DNA of 59,946 bases from Clostridia bacterium (GCA_017467165.1 JAFTST010000033.1:1-59946); one strand, 5' to 3'. Numbered from the stretch's first letter, positions 40,772-50,713 are shown. The notes: a model not told the origin generated them from the letters alone. Made by a program: numbers and translations.

Positions 40772-41706
40772 TTTATACTGTAGAAAATGAAAACGGGGGC
40801 ACGAGGCTTGACGCCTTCGTAGCCTCGGTCAGCGACCTGTCGCGAAGCGCCGCCGCCAAGCTGATTGAGTGCGGAGATATTACAGTATGCGGCAGGAAGG
40901 AAACCAAAAAATATCAGCTGAGGGTGGGCGACACTGTTGAGGTCAAGGAGCCCGAGCCCATAGAATATGAGGCTGTGGCTGAGAATATTCCCCTTGATAT
41001 TATTTTCGAGGACGATGATATTATAGTAGTCAACAAGCCCTCGGGAATGGTGGTGCATCCCGCTCCGGGAAATTACAGCGGCACGCTGGTCAACGCTCTT
41101 CTCTATCACTGCCGCGACTCGCTCTCGGGTATTGGCGGAGTTATGCGCCCGGGAATTGTGCACCGGATTGACAAGGACACCTCGGGGCTTCTCGTGGTGG
41201 CGAAAAATGATATTGCGCACAGAGCGCTATCCGAGGAGCTGGAAAGACACGGCATCGTCCGCGAGTATCACGCGCTCGTCAGAGGCGGCTTCAGGAATGA
41301 CGAGGGTACGGTAAGTCTGCCCATCGGTCGACACCCCGTTGACAGAAAGAGAATGGCAGTGCTTCCAACCGACCCGTCAGCGCGTCCTGCCGTCACACAC
41401 TATAAGGTGCTCGAGAGCTACGGACAGATAAGCTATCTTGAACTAAGGCTCGAAACGGGCAGAACACACCAGATAAGAGTACATATGTCGCACCTCGGGC
41501 ACGCACTGCTTGGCGATGAGGTGTACTCTACCAGCAAAACCCTCTTTGAAAAGCAACACGCCCCCATGTTTGACGGTCAGGCTCTGCACGCCAAACGCCT
41601 CGAGCTTACCCATCCGAGAACGGGAGAGCGGCTGAGCTTCGAGTGTGAATTGCCCGACAATTTCAAAAGAGCCCTGGAGATTCTGAGGGGACTTAACCAG
41701 ATATAA
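40768..41706 (+). CDS. rluD: RluA/RluD family 23S rRNA pseudouridine synthase
   Basis: S4 domain (RLD), NKPSGMVVHP, HRIDKDTSG, LETGRTHQIRVH, QALHA. Confidence 0.93.
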   Translation: MIYTVENENGGTRLDAFVASVSDLSRSAAAKLIECGDITVCGRKETKKYQLRVGDTVEVKEPEPIEYEAVAENIPLDIIFEDDDIIVVNKPSGMVVHPAPGNYSGTLVNALLYHCRDSLSGIGGVMRPGIVHRIDKDTSGLLVVAKNDIAHRALSEELERHGIVREYHALVRGGFRNDEGTVSLPIGRHPVDRKRMAVLPTDPSARPAVTHYKVLESYGQISYLELRLETGRTHQIRVHMSHLGHALLGDEVYSTSKTLFEKQHAPMFDGQALHAKRLELTHPRTGERLSFECELPDNFKRALEILRGLNQI

Positions 41707-41809
41707 CTCTCCTCCATAATATGAATATACTTATCAGTTATCAATCTATCATAATCTAACTATTATTCGACGCTGTGCCCTCTCGTACAGCGCAGAACAA
41801 AAGCCTACG

Positions 41810-41840
41810 AAAGAACGGAGATTTTTCCCCGTTCTTTTTT
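41810..41840 (+). terminator. Intrinsic terminator
   Basis: aagaacgg...ccgttctt stem followed by a T-run. Confidence 0.7.
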
Positions 41841-42079
41841 CGTCCGGGACTACCAATGCGCCCCCCCTTCCGCTCGTCTGACGTTGAGCCTGCGGCTTCT
41901 GCTATAGCGATGTTATAGACCAAAAGACAGATAGCCTTTTGGAAGAGGAAAGCTTTTTTCTACCCCCGGAAAAACTTTTTTCAGATTAACAAAACACAAA
42001 CATTTCATAAAACATTCGAAAACAAGCCCCTGATAAAATAATGCCACAAAACAAAAACACGACAAGGAGAAAATCAGTT

Positions 42080-42448
42080 ATGAACAAAAACGACCAGCAT
42101 TTTGTGGCACAGAAAATCCGCTCTCAGTATATTGAAAGAGAGTCCACCGAGCTTGACGAGCTCCGCGCTCTTGATACAAGGGTAAGACGCCCCGCTTCTG
42201 TGCTCGCATACGTTTTCGGCGGTATTTCCGCTATTATAATGGGAGCAGGTATGAGCCTGGTTATGACCGACGTTGGCACCACCGTGGGTATCGGCAATTC
42301 GCTGCCCTTGGGTATTGTAGTTGGTATTGTCGGAATGGCTCTTTGTATACTTAACTACCCCCTATACAACAAAATCCTCGCAAGCAGAAAGAAAAAATAC
42401 GGAAACGAAATCCTCGCCCTGAGCGAAAAGATTATGAATCAGCAGTAA
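42080..42448 (+). CDS. Small 2-TM membrane protein (paralogue of 48902-49315)
   Basis: KIRSQY...ELRALD..V.R...G.GMSLVMT...YPLYN. Confidence 0.8.
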   Translation: MNKNDQHFVAQKIRSQYIERESTELDELRALDTRVRRPASVLAYVFGGISAIIMGAGMSLVMTDVGTTVGIGNSLPLGIVVGIVGMALCILNYPLYNKILASRKKKYGNEILALSEKIMNQQ

Positions 42449-42463
42449 GAGGAGATAAGGGCA

Positions 42464-42772
42464 ATGGGACTCATAGCATTTCTGAAGAAGTCATTTGGTG
42501 ATATGAAGAGGAGCGCTAAGGCGCAGCACGAGGTTGACAAGGCTGAATTTGCCGCTGCAAAGGCAGAAGCAAAAGCAAATTTTGAGGAAAACAGGGGCCG
42601 TAACACCCTGGCAAGAGCAAAAGCAGACGCAAAGAAATCCTGGGATGACGCTCATATGACCCCCGCAGAGAGGGAGGCAAGAGCACAAGAGGAGCGCGAC
42701 GCCAGAATTGATGAAGCAAATGCAAGAGCAGAGGCGGCAAACGCTCGCTATAAGGCGGCAAGGAGGAAGTAA
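42464..42772 (+). CDS. Ala-rich helical hypothetical protein
   Basis: 102 aa ORF with GAGGAG SD. Confidence 0.7.
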   Translation: MGLIAFLKKSFGDMKRSAKAQHEVDKAEFAAAKAEAKANFEENRGRNTLARAKADAKKSWDDAHMTPAEREARAQEERDARIDEANARAEAANARYKAARRK

Positions 42773-42784
42773 TCACATAGACCC

Positions 42785-42810
42785 GGCGAGGCGCAGCAAT
42801 GCGCCTCGCC
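42785..42810 (+). terminator. Perfect GC-rich hairpin after 42772
   Basis: ggcgaggcgca-gcaa-tgcgcctcgcc; no clear T-run. Confidence 0.5.
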
Positions 42811-42986
42811 CCACTTATTCATACGCGCGGCTGTGGCCGACTTCCAAAACAAACGGTTGATGCACTCATAAGTGTATAAGTTAGAGGGTATAACCTTGAC
42901 TTTTTTCAAAAAGTATTGTAAAATAGCAATGTAAGAACACTATTAGGAACGCTGTAAGACACGACTTGATAAACGGAGATAACGTG

Positions 42987-43586
42987 ATGGAAGATATAAA
43001 GGGCATCGTTGCCAGGAACATAACCGAGCTTCGCCAGCTGAACAAAATGACTCAGCTTGAGCTGGCGAACAGGCTGAATTATTCGGACAAGGCTATATCC
43101 AAGTGGGAGCGGGGTGAATCAACTCCAGATATAGCAGTCCTCGTTGAAATAGCCGATATATTCGGCGTCACATTAGACTATCTTGTCAAGGCAGAGCACG
43201 AGGAGCGAGCCTTGCCGAAGGGGCAGGACAAGGAGAGAAGATACAACAGAAAAATGATAGCCTACATCTCGGAGAGTATAGGCTGGTTGGCGGCGATTTT
43301 AGCATTTATCATCACCACTCTTATTCTCGGGCGAATGGCGTTTCAATTTCTGTATTTCGTCTATACCCTGCCCGCCGTCCTCATTGTCAGACTTATATTC
43401 AATTCGGTATGGTTTAACAGAAGGCACAATTATTTTATCGTATCTCTTTTGATGTGGTCGCTTCTCGCAGCAGTACATATCACCTTCCTGTATTTTTCTG
43501 TCGACGTCGCTCTCGTCTATCTCTTGGGAGGCGCGGGACAAATCGTTATTGTGATGTGGTCATTCATTTCCAAGCCGAAAAAGTAA
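42987..43586 (+). CDS. XRE-family HTH regulator with C-terminal TM domain
   Basis: MTQLELA..LNYSDKAISKWERGES.PD; four TM segments. Confidence 0.9.
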   Translation: MEDIKGIVARNITELRQLNKMTQLELANRLNYSDKAISKWERGESTPDIAVLVEIADIFGVTLDYLVKAEHEERALPKGQDKERRYNRKMIAYISESIGWLAAILAFIITTLILGRMAFQFLYFVYTLPAVLIVRLIFNSVWFNRRHNYFIVSLLMWSLLAAVHITFLYFSVDVALVYLLGGAGQIVIVMWSFISKPKK

Positions 43587-43782
43587 ATATTTATTAGCAT
43601 TTTAGCTCCGTTTCCTGACGAAACGGAGTTTTTTGTCGCGACTCTACTGTGGGTAGAGTTCCATATTTTGACTCTACTGAGGGAAATTTAAAAGTAGAAT
43701 TGCCGATTTGATTCGTAGGTTGACTTTCGCGCTCGGGCGAGGCTATAATCGGCTTGAAGAATAAAAAGCAGAGGAACTTAAT

Positions 43783-44715
43783 ATGGAAAAAGAAATTCCA
43801 ATTATCTTTTCGACCGACGATAACTATCTGCCTTATCTTGACGTAGCAGTAAGCTCGCTCATTGAAAACGCATCAAAAGAATATGAATATAGAATTATCG
43901 TTTTAAACACAGGCTTAGGAGAGGCGGGCGTTCAGAAGGTCAAGTCTCGCGAGACGAAGAGCTTCAGGATAGACTTCGTTGATATTTCCGAGGACATCGC
44001 GAGCATCAAATCCAAGCTGAAAAACGTATATCACTTTTCCATAGTGACCTATTATAGACTGTTCATCGCCTCTCTTTTCCCGCAATATGACAAGGTCATA
44101 TACCTTGACTGCGACCTGGTTGTTCTCGGTGACATATCCGAGCTATATAATCTTGATATAGGCGATAATATTCTCGGAGCCGGGCCTGAGCAATTCGTCA
44201 GGAACACTCCCGAATTCCGTGAGTATACTATAAAGGCGCTCGGTATCTGTGCTGACTACTACGTCAACGCGGGCGTTCTTCTAATAAATCTCAGCGAGTT
44301 CAGACGAGCGAGGATAGAGCAAAGGTTTGTCAGCATTATCTCGGAGTACGACTTTGACCTCCTAGACCCCGACCAGGCGTATCTCAACTATCTGTGCTAC
44401 GGAAAAATTCACGTTCTGCCAAACGGCTGGAACAAGGAGCCTATGCCACTTCCCTGCGAGGGCAAAAAGAATATCGTCCACTACGCTCTGTACAAGAAGC
44501 CCTGGCAGTATGACGACGTGATGGATGGCGAATATTTCTGGTCTTATGCAAGGCGCTCGCCGTTCTATGATGAAATCCTCGAGAGGAAAGCGAGCTTCGG
44601 CGAGGAGGATATGGCGAAGAAGGAAGCCGCCGCGAAGGAAATACTCGAGCACGGCTTAAAAATCGCAGAGTCGGATTATACCTTTATAAAAAAGCTCGGA
44701 AAGGGCTGGGAGTGA
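43783..44715 (+). CDS. Glycosyltransferase family 8
   Basis: DDNYLPYL, YYRLF, YLDCD, NAGVLLINL, DQAYLN, IVHY...KPW. Confidence 0.93.
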   Translation: MEKEIPIIFSTDDNYLPYLDVAVSSLIENASKEYEYRIIVLNTGLGEAGVQKVKSRETKSFRIDFVDISEDIASIKSKLKNVYHFSIVTYYRLFIASLFPQYDKVIYLDCDLVVLGDISELYNLDIGDNILGAGPEQFVRNTPEFREYTIKALGICADYYVNAGVLLINLSEFRRARIEQRFVSIISEYDFDLLDPDQAYLNYLCYGKIHVLPNGWNKEPMPLPCEGKKNIVHYALYKKPWQYDDVMDGEYFWSYARRSPFYDEILERKASFGEEDMAKKEAAAKEILEHGLKIAESDYTFIKKLGKGWE

Positions 44716-44719
44716 CGAC

Positions 44720-45550
44720 ATGGAAAAATCCCCACACAAATTGGAGCTTATAAGGCGAATAGCCGAGCTTGAGAAAAAGGAGCTCTGGCACCTCGACGTT
44801 GAGGACGACCCCGAAACCTATCCGCTAATGCCGGATGACGTGGATTATCTGTACGAGAAGCTGTCGAGCAGAATCAAGAACAAAATAGCCAATATCGCGG
44901 GCACTCGCTTCTTTGATAAGATGATAGCCAAGCGCCAGCTTATCATAAAGGAAGTGCGCGGAATAGAAAACTTCACTGCAGTTAAGGGCGGCAAAATCGT
45001 CACCTGCAATCACTTCAGCGTGTGCGATAACTACGCCGTATGGGTAGCCCTTCGGGAGTATATGGACGGAAGAATGCTGTACAAGGTGATTCGCGAGGGT
45101 AACTATACCAACCCGCCGAAGCCCTTCGGTCTTTTCATGCGCTATTGTAACACGCTCCCCCTCTCAAGCCAGGCGGCGACTATGAAAAAATTCATGAGAG
45201 CGGTAAAGATATTGCTTGAGCGGGGCGAAACGATTCTGATATACCCCGAGCAGAGCATGTGGTGGAATTACAGAAAGCCAAAGCCTATGCAGGACGGCGC
45301 TTTTTCGCTCGCGGTACGAGCAGGCAAGCCAATAGTCCCGATTTTCATCACTATGGAGGATAGCGATATTCTCGATGGGGACGGCTTTTTCGTACAGGAA
45401 TACACGATAAATATCCTGCCCGCTATATATCCGCCACAGGGTCTTTCCAACGTGGAAGCTAGGGAGAAGATGAAAAAGGAGAACTACGACGCCTGGGTAA
45501 AGACCTACGAGGATTTTTATCAGAAAAGGCTCGTCTACGCTGAGGAATGA
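44720..45550 (+). CDS. Lysophospholipid acyltransferase family protein
   Basis: CNHFSVCD (HxxxxD), IYPEQ, GAF.LA, PIVPIFI. Confidence 0.88.
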   Translation: MEKSPHKLELIRRIAELEKKELWHLDVEDDPETYPLMPDDVDYLYEKLSSRIKNKIANIAGTRFFDKMIAKRQLIIKEVRGIENFTAVKGGKIVTCNHFSVCDNYAVWVALREYMDGRMLYKVIREGNYTNPPKPFGLFMRYCNTLPLSSQAATMKKFMRAVKILLERGETILIYPEQSMWWNYRKPKPMQDGAFSLAVRAGKPIVPIFITMEDSDILDGDGFFVQEYTINILPAIYPPQGLSNVEAREKMKKENYDAWVKTYEDFYQKRLVYAEE

Positions 45551-46137
45551 AGCTGTATTTATCAATTATCGGGGCGGCTATGCTGATTATTTCCGCCGTG
45601 AATATCTTTTTCGGAATTGGCGCGTGGTATTTCGTGCTACTCGCTGTCGTATGGTGCACGCTTCTTCAATTCGCTCTCGACGGACTCATAGCGATAATAA
45701 TTAACAAGATGCCCGACGGGTGGTTCGCTATCGATAACCCTCACTATCGGGTGACCGAACGGGAAAGAGAGCTGTACAAGAGGCTGAACGTAAGGCGCTG
45801 GAAGGACAAGGTCTGGGAGCTTGGGTGGCTTGGCGGCTTCAGCAAAAGGGAGCTTCGTGAGCCGGGAAGCCTTTCCTACCTCGAAAAATTCATTATCGAG
45901 TGTAACAAGGGTGTTCTTACTCACAGGCTTTCCTATCCCGTCGGCTTTCTGGCTATGCTCACTCTGCCGGGTATTATGCCCATGACGATAGCTCTTCCTG
46001 TCGCGGTAGTGAATTTGTTTTTAAATATCCTGCCCACTATCGTGATAAGACACAACACACCCTATCTCTTGTCTGCCTATAAGAGAATCGAGAAAAAGCA
46101 AAAGCTGAATAACGCTAAAACAGGCGGCGTCCTCTAG
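45547..46137 (+). CDS. Membrane protein resembling the CrtO glycosyl-acyltransferase family
   Basis: ERELYKRLNVRRWKDKV, KFIIE...H, N....IVIRHN.P pattern. Confidence 0.6.
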   Translation: MKLYLSIIGAAMLIISAVNIFFGIGAWYFVLLAVVWCTLLQFALDGLIAIIINKMPDGWFAIDNPHYRVTERERELYKRLNVRRWKDKVWELGWLGGFSKRELREPGSLSYLEKFIIECNKGVLTHRLSYPVGFLAMLTLPGIMPMTIALPVAVVNLFLNILPTIVIRHNTPYLLSAYKRIEKKQKLNNAKTGGVL

Positions 46138-46275
46138 ACGCCGCCTTAACTATTCGCGCTCGTTTCTATAATAATTTTCAGAGAAAAAATAAAAAAAGCG
46201 AAAACACTAACAAAACTTTAACAATTATGTGCTACAATGTAACTACAAAAGAAAATTTTCCCGGGAGGATAAAAT

Positions 46276-46947
46276 ATGTTCAAGATTCTGGTTGTCGAGG
46301 ACGACAGAGAGCTGAATCGCTCGGTGTGCTCCTTCCTTAATAATTCCGGATATGAGGCGGTGGGCTGTCTTGATGCCGAGGGAGCCTACGACGAGCTGTA
46401 CAAGAGCACCTTTGACCTTATCGTGTCGGATATTATGATGCCGAGGATAGACGGCTTCGAGCTTGCAAGGACTGTCCGCTCGCTCAACAACGATATTCCT
46501 ATTATCTTCATAACCGCCCGCGACGATTTCGCCTCCAAGCAGAGAGGATACCGCCTCGGTATCGACGATTATATGACAAAGCCCATCGACCTTGACGAGC
46601 TGCTGCTGCGCATTGGCGCTCTGCTCCGCCGCTCCGGGATTGCATCGAGCCGTCGGATAGAGATTGGTGGGTTCGTTATGGACGCGGACGAGAGATGCGC
46701 CACGCTGGACGGCGAGGAGATACCCCTGACGGCGAGAGAGTTCGACCTTTTATTCAAGCTACTCTCCTATCCGAAAAAGACCTTCACCCGCACGCAGCTG
46801 ATGGACGAGTTCTGGGACGTAGACACGCAGACGAGCACGAGGACGGTCGACGTGTATATGACGAAGCTGCGCGCCAAGCTTTCCGGCTGTGAGTACTTTG
46901 AGATACAGACCGTCCACGGTCTTGGCTACAAGGCGGTGATAAAATGA
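46276..46947 (+). CDS. OmpR-family response regulator
   Basis: ILVVEDD, DIMMP.IDG, DDYMTKP, RTVDVY..KLR.KL, TVHGLGYK. Confidence 0.95.
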   Translation: MFKILVVEDDRELNRSVCSFLNNSGYEAVGCLDAEGAYDELYKSTFDLIVSDIMMPRIDGFELARTVRSLNNDIPIIFITARDDFASKQRGYRLGIDDYMTKPIDLDELLLRIGALLRRSGIASSRRIEIGGFVMDADERCATLDGEEIPLTAREFDLLFKLLSYPKKTFTRTQLMDEFWDVDTQTSTRTVDVYMTKLRAKLSGCEYFEIQTVHGLGYKAVIK

Positions 46948-48041
46948 AAAACGAAAACACCACAAGAAGGGTTTTAAACACGGTAAGCAGCTTTTTTATC
47001 TTCTTTCTGCTTGCCGCCCTCGTGACCACCTCTTGTATTATGCTTTTCATCTCGACCCTTCAGGGCTCTATCGGCAGAAGGTTCACCGAGGAGGAGATTG
47101 CAGTCGCCGCCAAAATAACGATGCTCAACGTTATTCTTCTGAGCGTCGGTATGGCTATCACGGATTACCTGCGCAGAAAATATACGGTTGAGCGCCACGT
47201 TAAGAGAATTGCCCAGGCTACCTCTAAGATGATAGAGGGAGATTTCAGCGTTCGGATTGAGCCTATTTCAAGGTTCGGCTCGGACGATAGCCTCAACGAG
47301 ATTATCGACTGTATCAACAAAATGGCGGAGGAGCTGTCGGGGGTTGAAACCCTGCGCGCAGATTTTATCGCCAACGTTTCCCACGAGATGAAAACACCCC
47401 TTTCGGTAATGCAAAACTACGGCACTCTCCTGCAGCTGCCCGAGCTATCTGAGGAAAAGCGCATAGAATATGCCAAGGCTATAACAGACGCCTCGCGCCG
47501 CCTTGCCGATATGATGACGAATATTCTCAAGCTGAACAGACTCGAAAACCAGAGGATTTATCCAAATCCCTCGACCTTCGACCTCGGAGAGCAGCTCTGC
47601 GAGTGTCTGCTCCAATATGAGAGCGTATGGGAGAGAAAGAATATCGAGATACAGACCGATATAGCCGAGGGAGTGTTCGTTTCCGCTGATGAGGAGCTGC
47701 TCTCGCTCGTGTGGAACAATCTTTTTTCCAACGCCTTCAAGTTCACCGATGACGGCGGAAGGGTCAGCCTCTCACTCTTTTCCGACGGAGAATATGCTAC
47801 GGTCAGAATATCTGACACGGGGTGCGGTATGAGCGCGGAGGTTGGCGCTCACATCTTCGAAAAATTTTATCAGGGCGACACCTCTCGCGCGACACAGGGC
47901 AACGGTCTTGGGCTTGCGCTGGTCAGGCGCGTTATTGATATTATGCAGGCGGAGATAGGAGTCGAGAGCGCGGTTGGCGTCGGTACAACCTTCACCGTCA
48001 GAATCAGGAGGTGTGAAAATGGACCTAAGGAAGCTCGGTAA
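46944..48041 (+). CDS. HAMP-domain sensor histidine kinase
   Basis: Two TM segments; NVSHEMKTPL H-box, NLFSNAFKF, DTGCG, GNGLGLA. Confidence 0.95.
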   Translation: MKNENTTRRVLNTVSSFFIFFLLAALVTTSCIMLFISTLQGSIGRRFTEEEIAVAAKITMLNVILLSVGMAITDYLRRKYTVERHVKRIAQATSKMIEGDFSVRIEPISRFGSDDSLNEIIDCINKMAEELSGVETLRADFIANVSHEMKTPLSVMQNYGTLLQLPELSEEKRIEYAKAITDASRRLADMMTNILKLNRLENQRIYPNPSTFDLGEQLCECLLQYESVWERKNIEIQTDIAEGVFVSADEELLSLVWNNLFSNAFKFTDDGGRVSLSLFSDGEYATVRISDTGCGMSAEVGAHIFEKFYQGDTSRATQGNGLGLALVRRVIDIMQAEIGVESAVGVGTTFTVRIRRCENGPKEAR

Positions 48042-48912
48042 GGCTCTGCTCTTTCCACATATCGCCATTATCGCTCTTCTGACACCCATCTCGCTGGTAC
48101 TGCTCGTGGGCTCTATGGTCTTTGTCGGCGTGGAGTCCCCTGTTGCAATCGCTTCCTACGTGCTTTCTGCCTACACCCTCACGGTGTGGTGCTTCAGGCT
48201 ACCGAATATCATTCGCTTTTTGAGAAGACTGAAAAACGAAAATAAGCTTGCAAAAAGATGGAAAAATGATACACGCCTACGGGTTAAGGTGTCTCTTTAT
48301 GCCTCCTTCTCCTGGAACGCTCTGTACGGCGCGTTTCAACTTTGGCTAGGCTTCTATCACGGAACCTTCTGGTTCTACTCACTCGGCGCGTACTACGTTT
48401 GTCTTGCTGTAATGCGCTTCTTTTTAGTCGGGCATACCAGAAAATATCAGCCCGGCGAGAGGCTTCGGGGAGAGCTTGTGAAATACCGCGCCTGCGGCTG
48501 GGTTTTTCTCATAATGAACCTGGCGTTGACGCTTATTATCTTCTTCATGGTGTACTGGAACAGAACCTTCGAGCATCATATGATAACCGCCATAGCTATG
48601 GCGGCATACACCTTCACCTCGCTGACCCTCGCTATTATCAACGTTGTAAGATACAGACGGTATAACAGCCCCGTCTATTCGGCATCGAGGGCAATCAGCC
48701 TGGCGGCGGCTCTGGTATCCGTGCTGACGCTGGAATCCACGATGCTTACCACCTTTGGCGGCGAGGATATGACCGCAGAGACGAAAAAATGGCTGCTCGG
48801 TGCGACGGGCGGCGCGATTTCCATAATGATAATTGCCGCGGCAATTTATATGATAGCCTTCAGCACGAAAAAGCTTAATCAATTAAAATCAGAGGTAGAA
48901 AATGGACAATAA
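48019..48912 (+). CDS. Multi-pass membrane protein
   Basis: About 8 hydrophobic segments; AGGAGGTG SD before MDLRK. Confidence 0.8.
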   Translation: MDLRKLGKALLFPHIAIIALLTPISLVLLVGSMVFVGVESPVAIASYVLSAYTLTVWCFRLPNIIRFLRRLKNENKLAKRWKNDTRLRVKVSLYASFSWNALYGAFQLWLGFYHGTFWFYSLGAYYVCLAVMRFFLVGHTRKYQPGERLRGELVKYRACGWVFLIMNLALTLIIFFMVYWNRTFEHHMITAIAMAAYTFTSLTLAIINVVRYRRYNSPVYSASRAISLAAALVSVLTLESTMLTTFGGEDMTAETKKWLLGATGGAISIMIIAAAIYMIAFSTKKLNQLKSEVENGQ

Positions 48913-49315
48913 CAATCAGGAAAGCAGCGGATTTTCCTATACCTACTCTGCCAGGGAGCAGGCAGAGCTCAGGCGCATCCGCGATAAATACACACCTCCC
49001 ACAGAAACAGAAAGCAAGCTGGAGCTACTCCGCAGGCTTGACGCGAGTGTCACCCGTAGAGCGCAGGCTGTGGCTCTCTCGCTCGGCATACTGGGCGCGC
49101 TTATTCTCGGCTTAGGAATGAGTCTTATTATGACGGACCTTGCCAAAAATCTCGGCATCGGAAGCAATACCGCGATGATTGTCGGCATCACGGTCGGAGT
49201 CGTCGGCGGCGTCCTCGCGAGCCTCGCTTATCCCGTCTATAACGCTGTCACCTCTGCTATGCGAAAGAAGCTCGCTCCGGAGATTATCGCGCTCGCCGAC
49301 GAGCTTATGAGCTGA
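48902..49315 (+). CDS. Small 2-TM membrane protein (paralogue of 42080-42448)
   Basis: FSYTYSA...IRDKY...LRRLD..V...GLGMSLIMT...YPVYN. Confidence 0.8.
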   Translation: MDNNNQESSGFSYTYSAREQAELRRIRDKYTPPTETESKLELLRRLDASVTRRAQAVALSLGILGALILGLGMSLIMTDLAKNLGIGSNTAMIVGITVGVVGGVLASLAYPVYNAVTSAMRKKLAPEIIALADELMS

Positions 49316-49322
49316 GCCAAAA

Positions 49323-49360
49323 GCAAGAGTAACCGTTCGCCCGGGAGGTTGTTTTTTTAT
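49323..49360 (+). repeat. Array repeat copy 1
   Basis: gcaagagtaaccgttcgcccgggaggttgtttttttat. Confidence 0.95.
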
Positions 49361-49370
49361 GTAGGGGGGG

Positions 49371-49398
49371 TTGACTTTTGCGAAAAGTGTGATATACT
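49371..49398 (+). promoter_or_regulatory. sigmaA promoter of array RNA 1
   Basis: TTGACT-16 nt-TATACT with extended TG. Confidence 0.8.
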
Positions 49399-49403
49399 AT
49401 AAA

Positions 49404-49480
49404 GCGTGAGCAACGTGTTTGCATTTGCATTCTTCAATGGGCGTCGAAAGCTTAGCCCGTGGGACGTTGTTCACTTTTTT
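49404..49480 (+). ncRNA. Candidate structured sRNA 1 (closing-stem class)
   Basis: GTGAGCAACGT (49406-16) pairs with ACGTTGTTCAC (49464-74); inner gggc/gccc stem; T-run; own promoter. Confidence 0.65.
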
Positions 49481-49778
49481 ATTTCCCGTGGTATTTCCAC
49501 GGATATTTTTTTCCAAAATGTTTCTTTTTATCATGTCTGACGCGCTTCGCTATGTACATAGGATTTTTATCACGTTTATTAGGATTCGGATTGACTACCT
49601 CATTCAGATGTCTACCGTCACGTTCAGAATGCATTACCTTACGGTATTTATATTCACTATCCGAATGCTCGGATACTATCAAAGCCGGATGCCCAGACTT
49701 AAGATAATATCTGAAGTGGGGAAATGTTTCTTTTTTGAATCCTATGTTTTTACCCAGCTTATTCTTTTTGTTGGCGAT
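49479..49778 (-). CDS. Small basic PemK/MazF/ToxN-like protein T1 (probable ATC start; in-frame upstream ATG at 49907)
   Basis: FRYYLKSGHPALIV...VMHS...G..N...NPNP...PMY; AGGAGGTG SD 7 nt before ATC; fold call is by eye. Confidence 0.6.
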   Translation of the reverse strand: MANKKNKLGKNIGFKKETFPHFRYYLKSGHPALIVSEHSDSEYKYRKVMHSERDGRHLNEVVNPNPNKRDKNPMYIAKRVRHDKKKHFGKKYPWKYHGK

Positions 49779-49785
49779 TTTTTCC

Positions 49786-49951
49786 CACCTCCTATAAGTG
49801 TATTTGCATATCTCCTTGAAACTCGATTTAAAGGCTCCCATAATGCAGCTTGTTTCAACCTCAAGCTCCACGTTGTTATCCAAATCAATGATTGTTACTT
49901 TGTACATTTTTCTTTTTCCTTTCTTTTTAAGATAAATTTGCAAGAGTAACC
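49786..49951. repeat. ~165 bp segment duplicated at 51678-51844 (leader ORF MYKVTIIDLDN plus SD plus repeat start)
   Basis: cacctcctataagtg...aagataaatttgcaagagtaacc is near-identical in both places apart from a 3-nt indel and a few small differences. Confidence 0.95.
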
Positions 49952-49977
49952 GTCCGCCCGGGCGGTTAATTTTTTAT
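49940..49977 (+). repeat. Array repeat copy 2
   Basis: gcaagagtaaccgtccgcccgggcggttaattttttat. Confidence 0.95.
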
Positions 49978-49983
49978 AGGGGG

Positions 49984-50011
49984 TTGACATTTGTTGAAAT
50001 TATGATATAAT
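49984..50011 (+). promoter_or_regulatory. sigmaA promoter of array RNA 2
   Basis: TTGACA-16 nt-TATAAT with extended TG. Confidence 0.85.
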
Positions 50012-50016
50012 AATAA

Positions 50017-50095
50017 TGTCATCCGCGTTTAACGCATATTTGACCAGGATATTTTATATCCGAAGAAGAGGTTGGAAACAACCTCTTATTTTTTT
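50017..50095 (+). ncRNA. Candidate structured sRNA 2 (three-hairpin class)
   Basis: gtca...tgac stem; ggatat/atatcc hairpin; aagaggttg-GAAA-caacctctt hairpin followed by T7. Confidence 0.65.
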
Positions 50096-50342
50096 AATGC
50101 CAATACATTTTTTTCTGATCCCATTTATTCAATCGAGTTTTCGTCTTAACAAGATACCTCTCTTGAATAGGTTTTCCCTTAAGAGTTTTTCGAAAAGTAC
50201 GTTTTTCAAGTCCGCTCGATTCAGGAATATCGGGGTATTTTTCAATGGGAATAACATCTTTACGTTTTCCATTCTTGTCATAAAGAGATGTAATCCTACG
50301 AACGTGCATTTCATTTGGATTATTATTCAATGCAACAATTCT
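50094..50342 (-). pseudogene. 5'-truncated basic PemK-like protein T2
   Basis: RIVALNNNPNEMHVRRITSL...KPIQERYLVKTKTRLNKWD; no SD or good start; 5' end overlapped by the tail of another gene. Confidence 0.55.
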
Positions 50343-50653
50343 AAGCTTATCGAAAGCTGTTCATCAATAGGTCCAATGTAATTACAATAAAGATAACTTC
50401 GTAAATTCTTATCGCTATCATAATACTGTGCCATCGTAATAAAACAATTTTCTGTCGAGCTTAAATAAGATAATTGATCCATCCCCATTGATGCCAGATC
50501 ATCACGTACTGACGACGTTGTAATATCTACATCATTATAATAAGTAAACGTCGCAGTTTCCGCCGGAACGGCAAAGGCGGAGAGCATTACCTCTCCGCCC
50601 AGCACCATAAGCAGCAAGAGGCACACCAGGGATAGTATTTTCTTTTTCTGCAT
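50327..50653 (-). pseudogene. 5' part of a secreted protein gene joined onto the T2 remnant
   Basis: AAAGGAGG SD and signal peptide (KKKILSLVCLLLLM...SAFA); ends abruptly overlapping T2. Confidence 0.55.
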
Positions 50654-50685
50654 TCATGCCTCCTTTGGTTTTATAGCATTTGCTA

Positions 50686-50713
50686 TTGACTTTTTTATTT
50701 TTCGTGGTATAAT
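50686..50713 (+). promoter_or_regulatory. sigmaA promoter of array RNA 3 (no repeat upstream)
   Basis: TTGACT-16 nt-TATAAT with extended TG. Confidence 0.8.

Noticed and set aside
49419-50381. Plus-strand ORFs 49419-49949, 49459-49707 and 50016-50381
   Set aside because: They have no SD and are Phe/Ile-rich shadows of the Lys-rich minus-strand ORFs; they cross the RNA terminators
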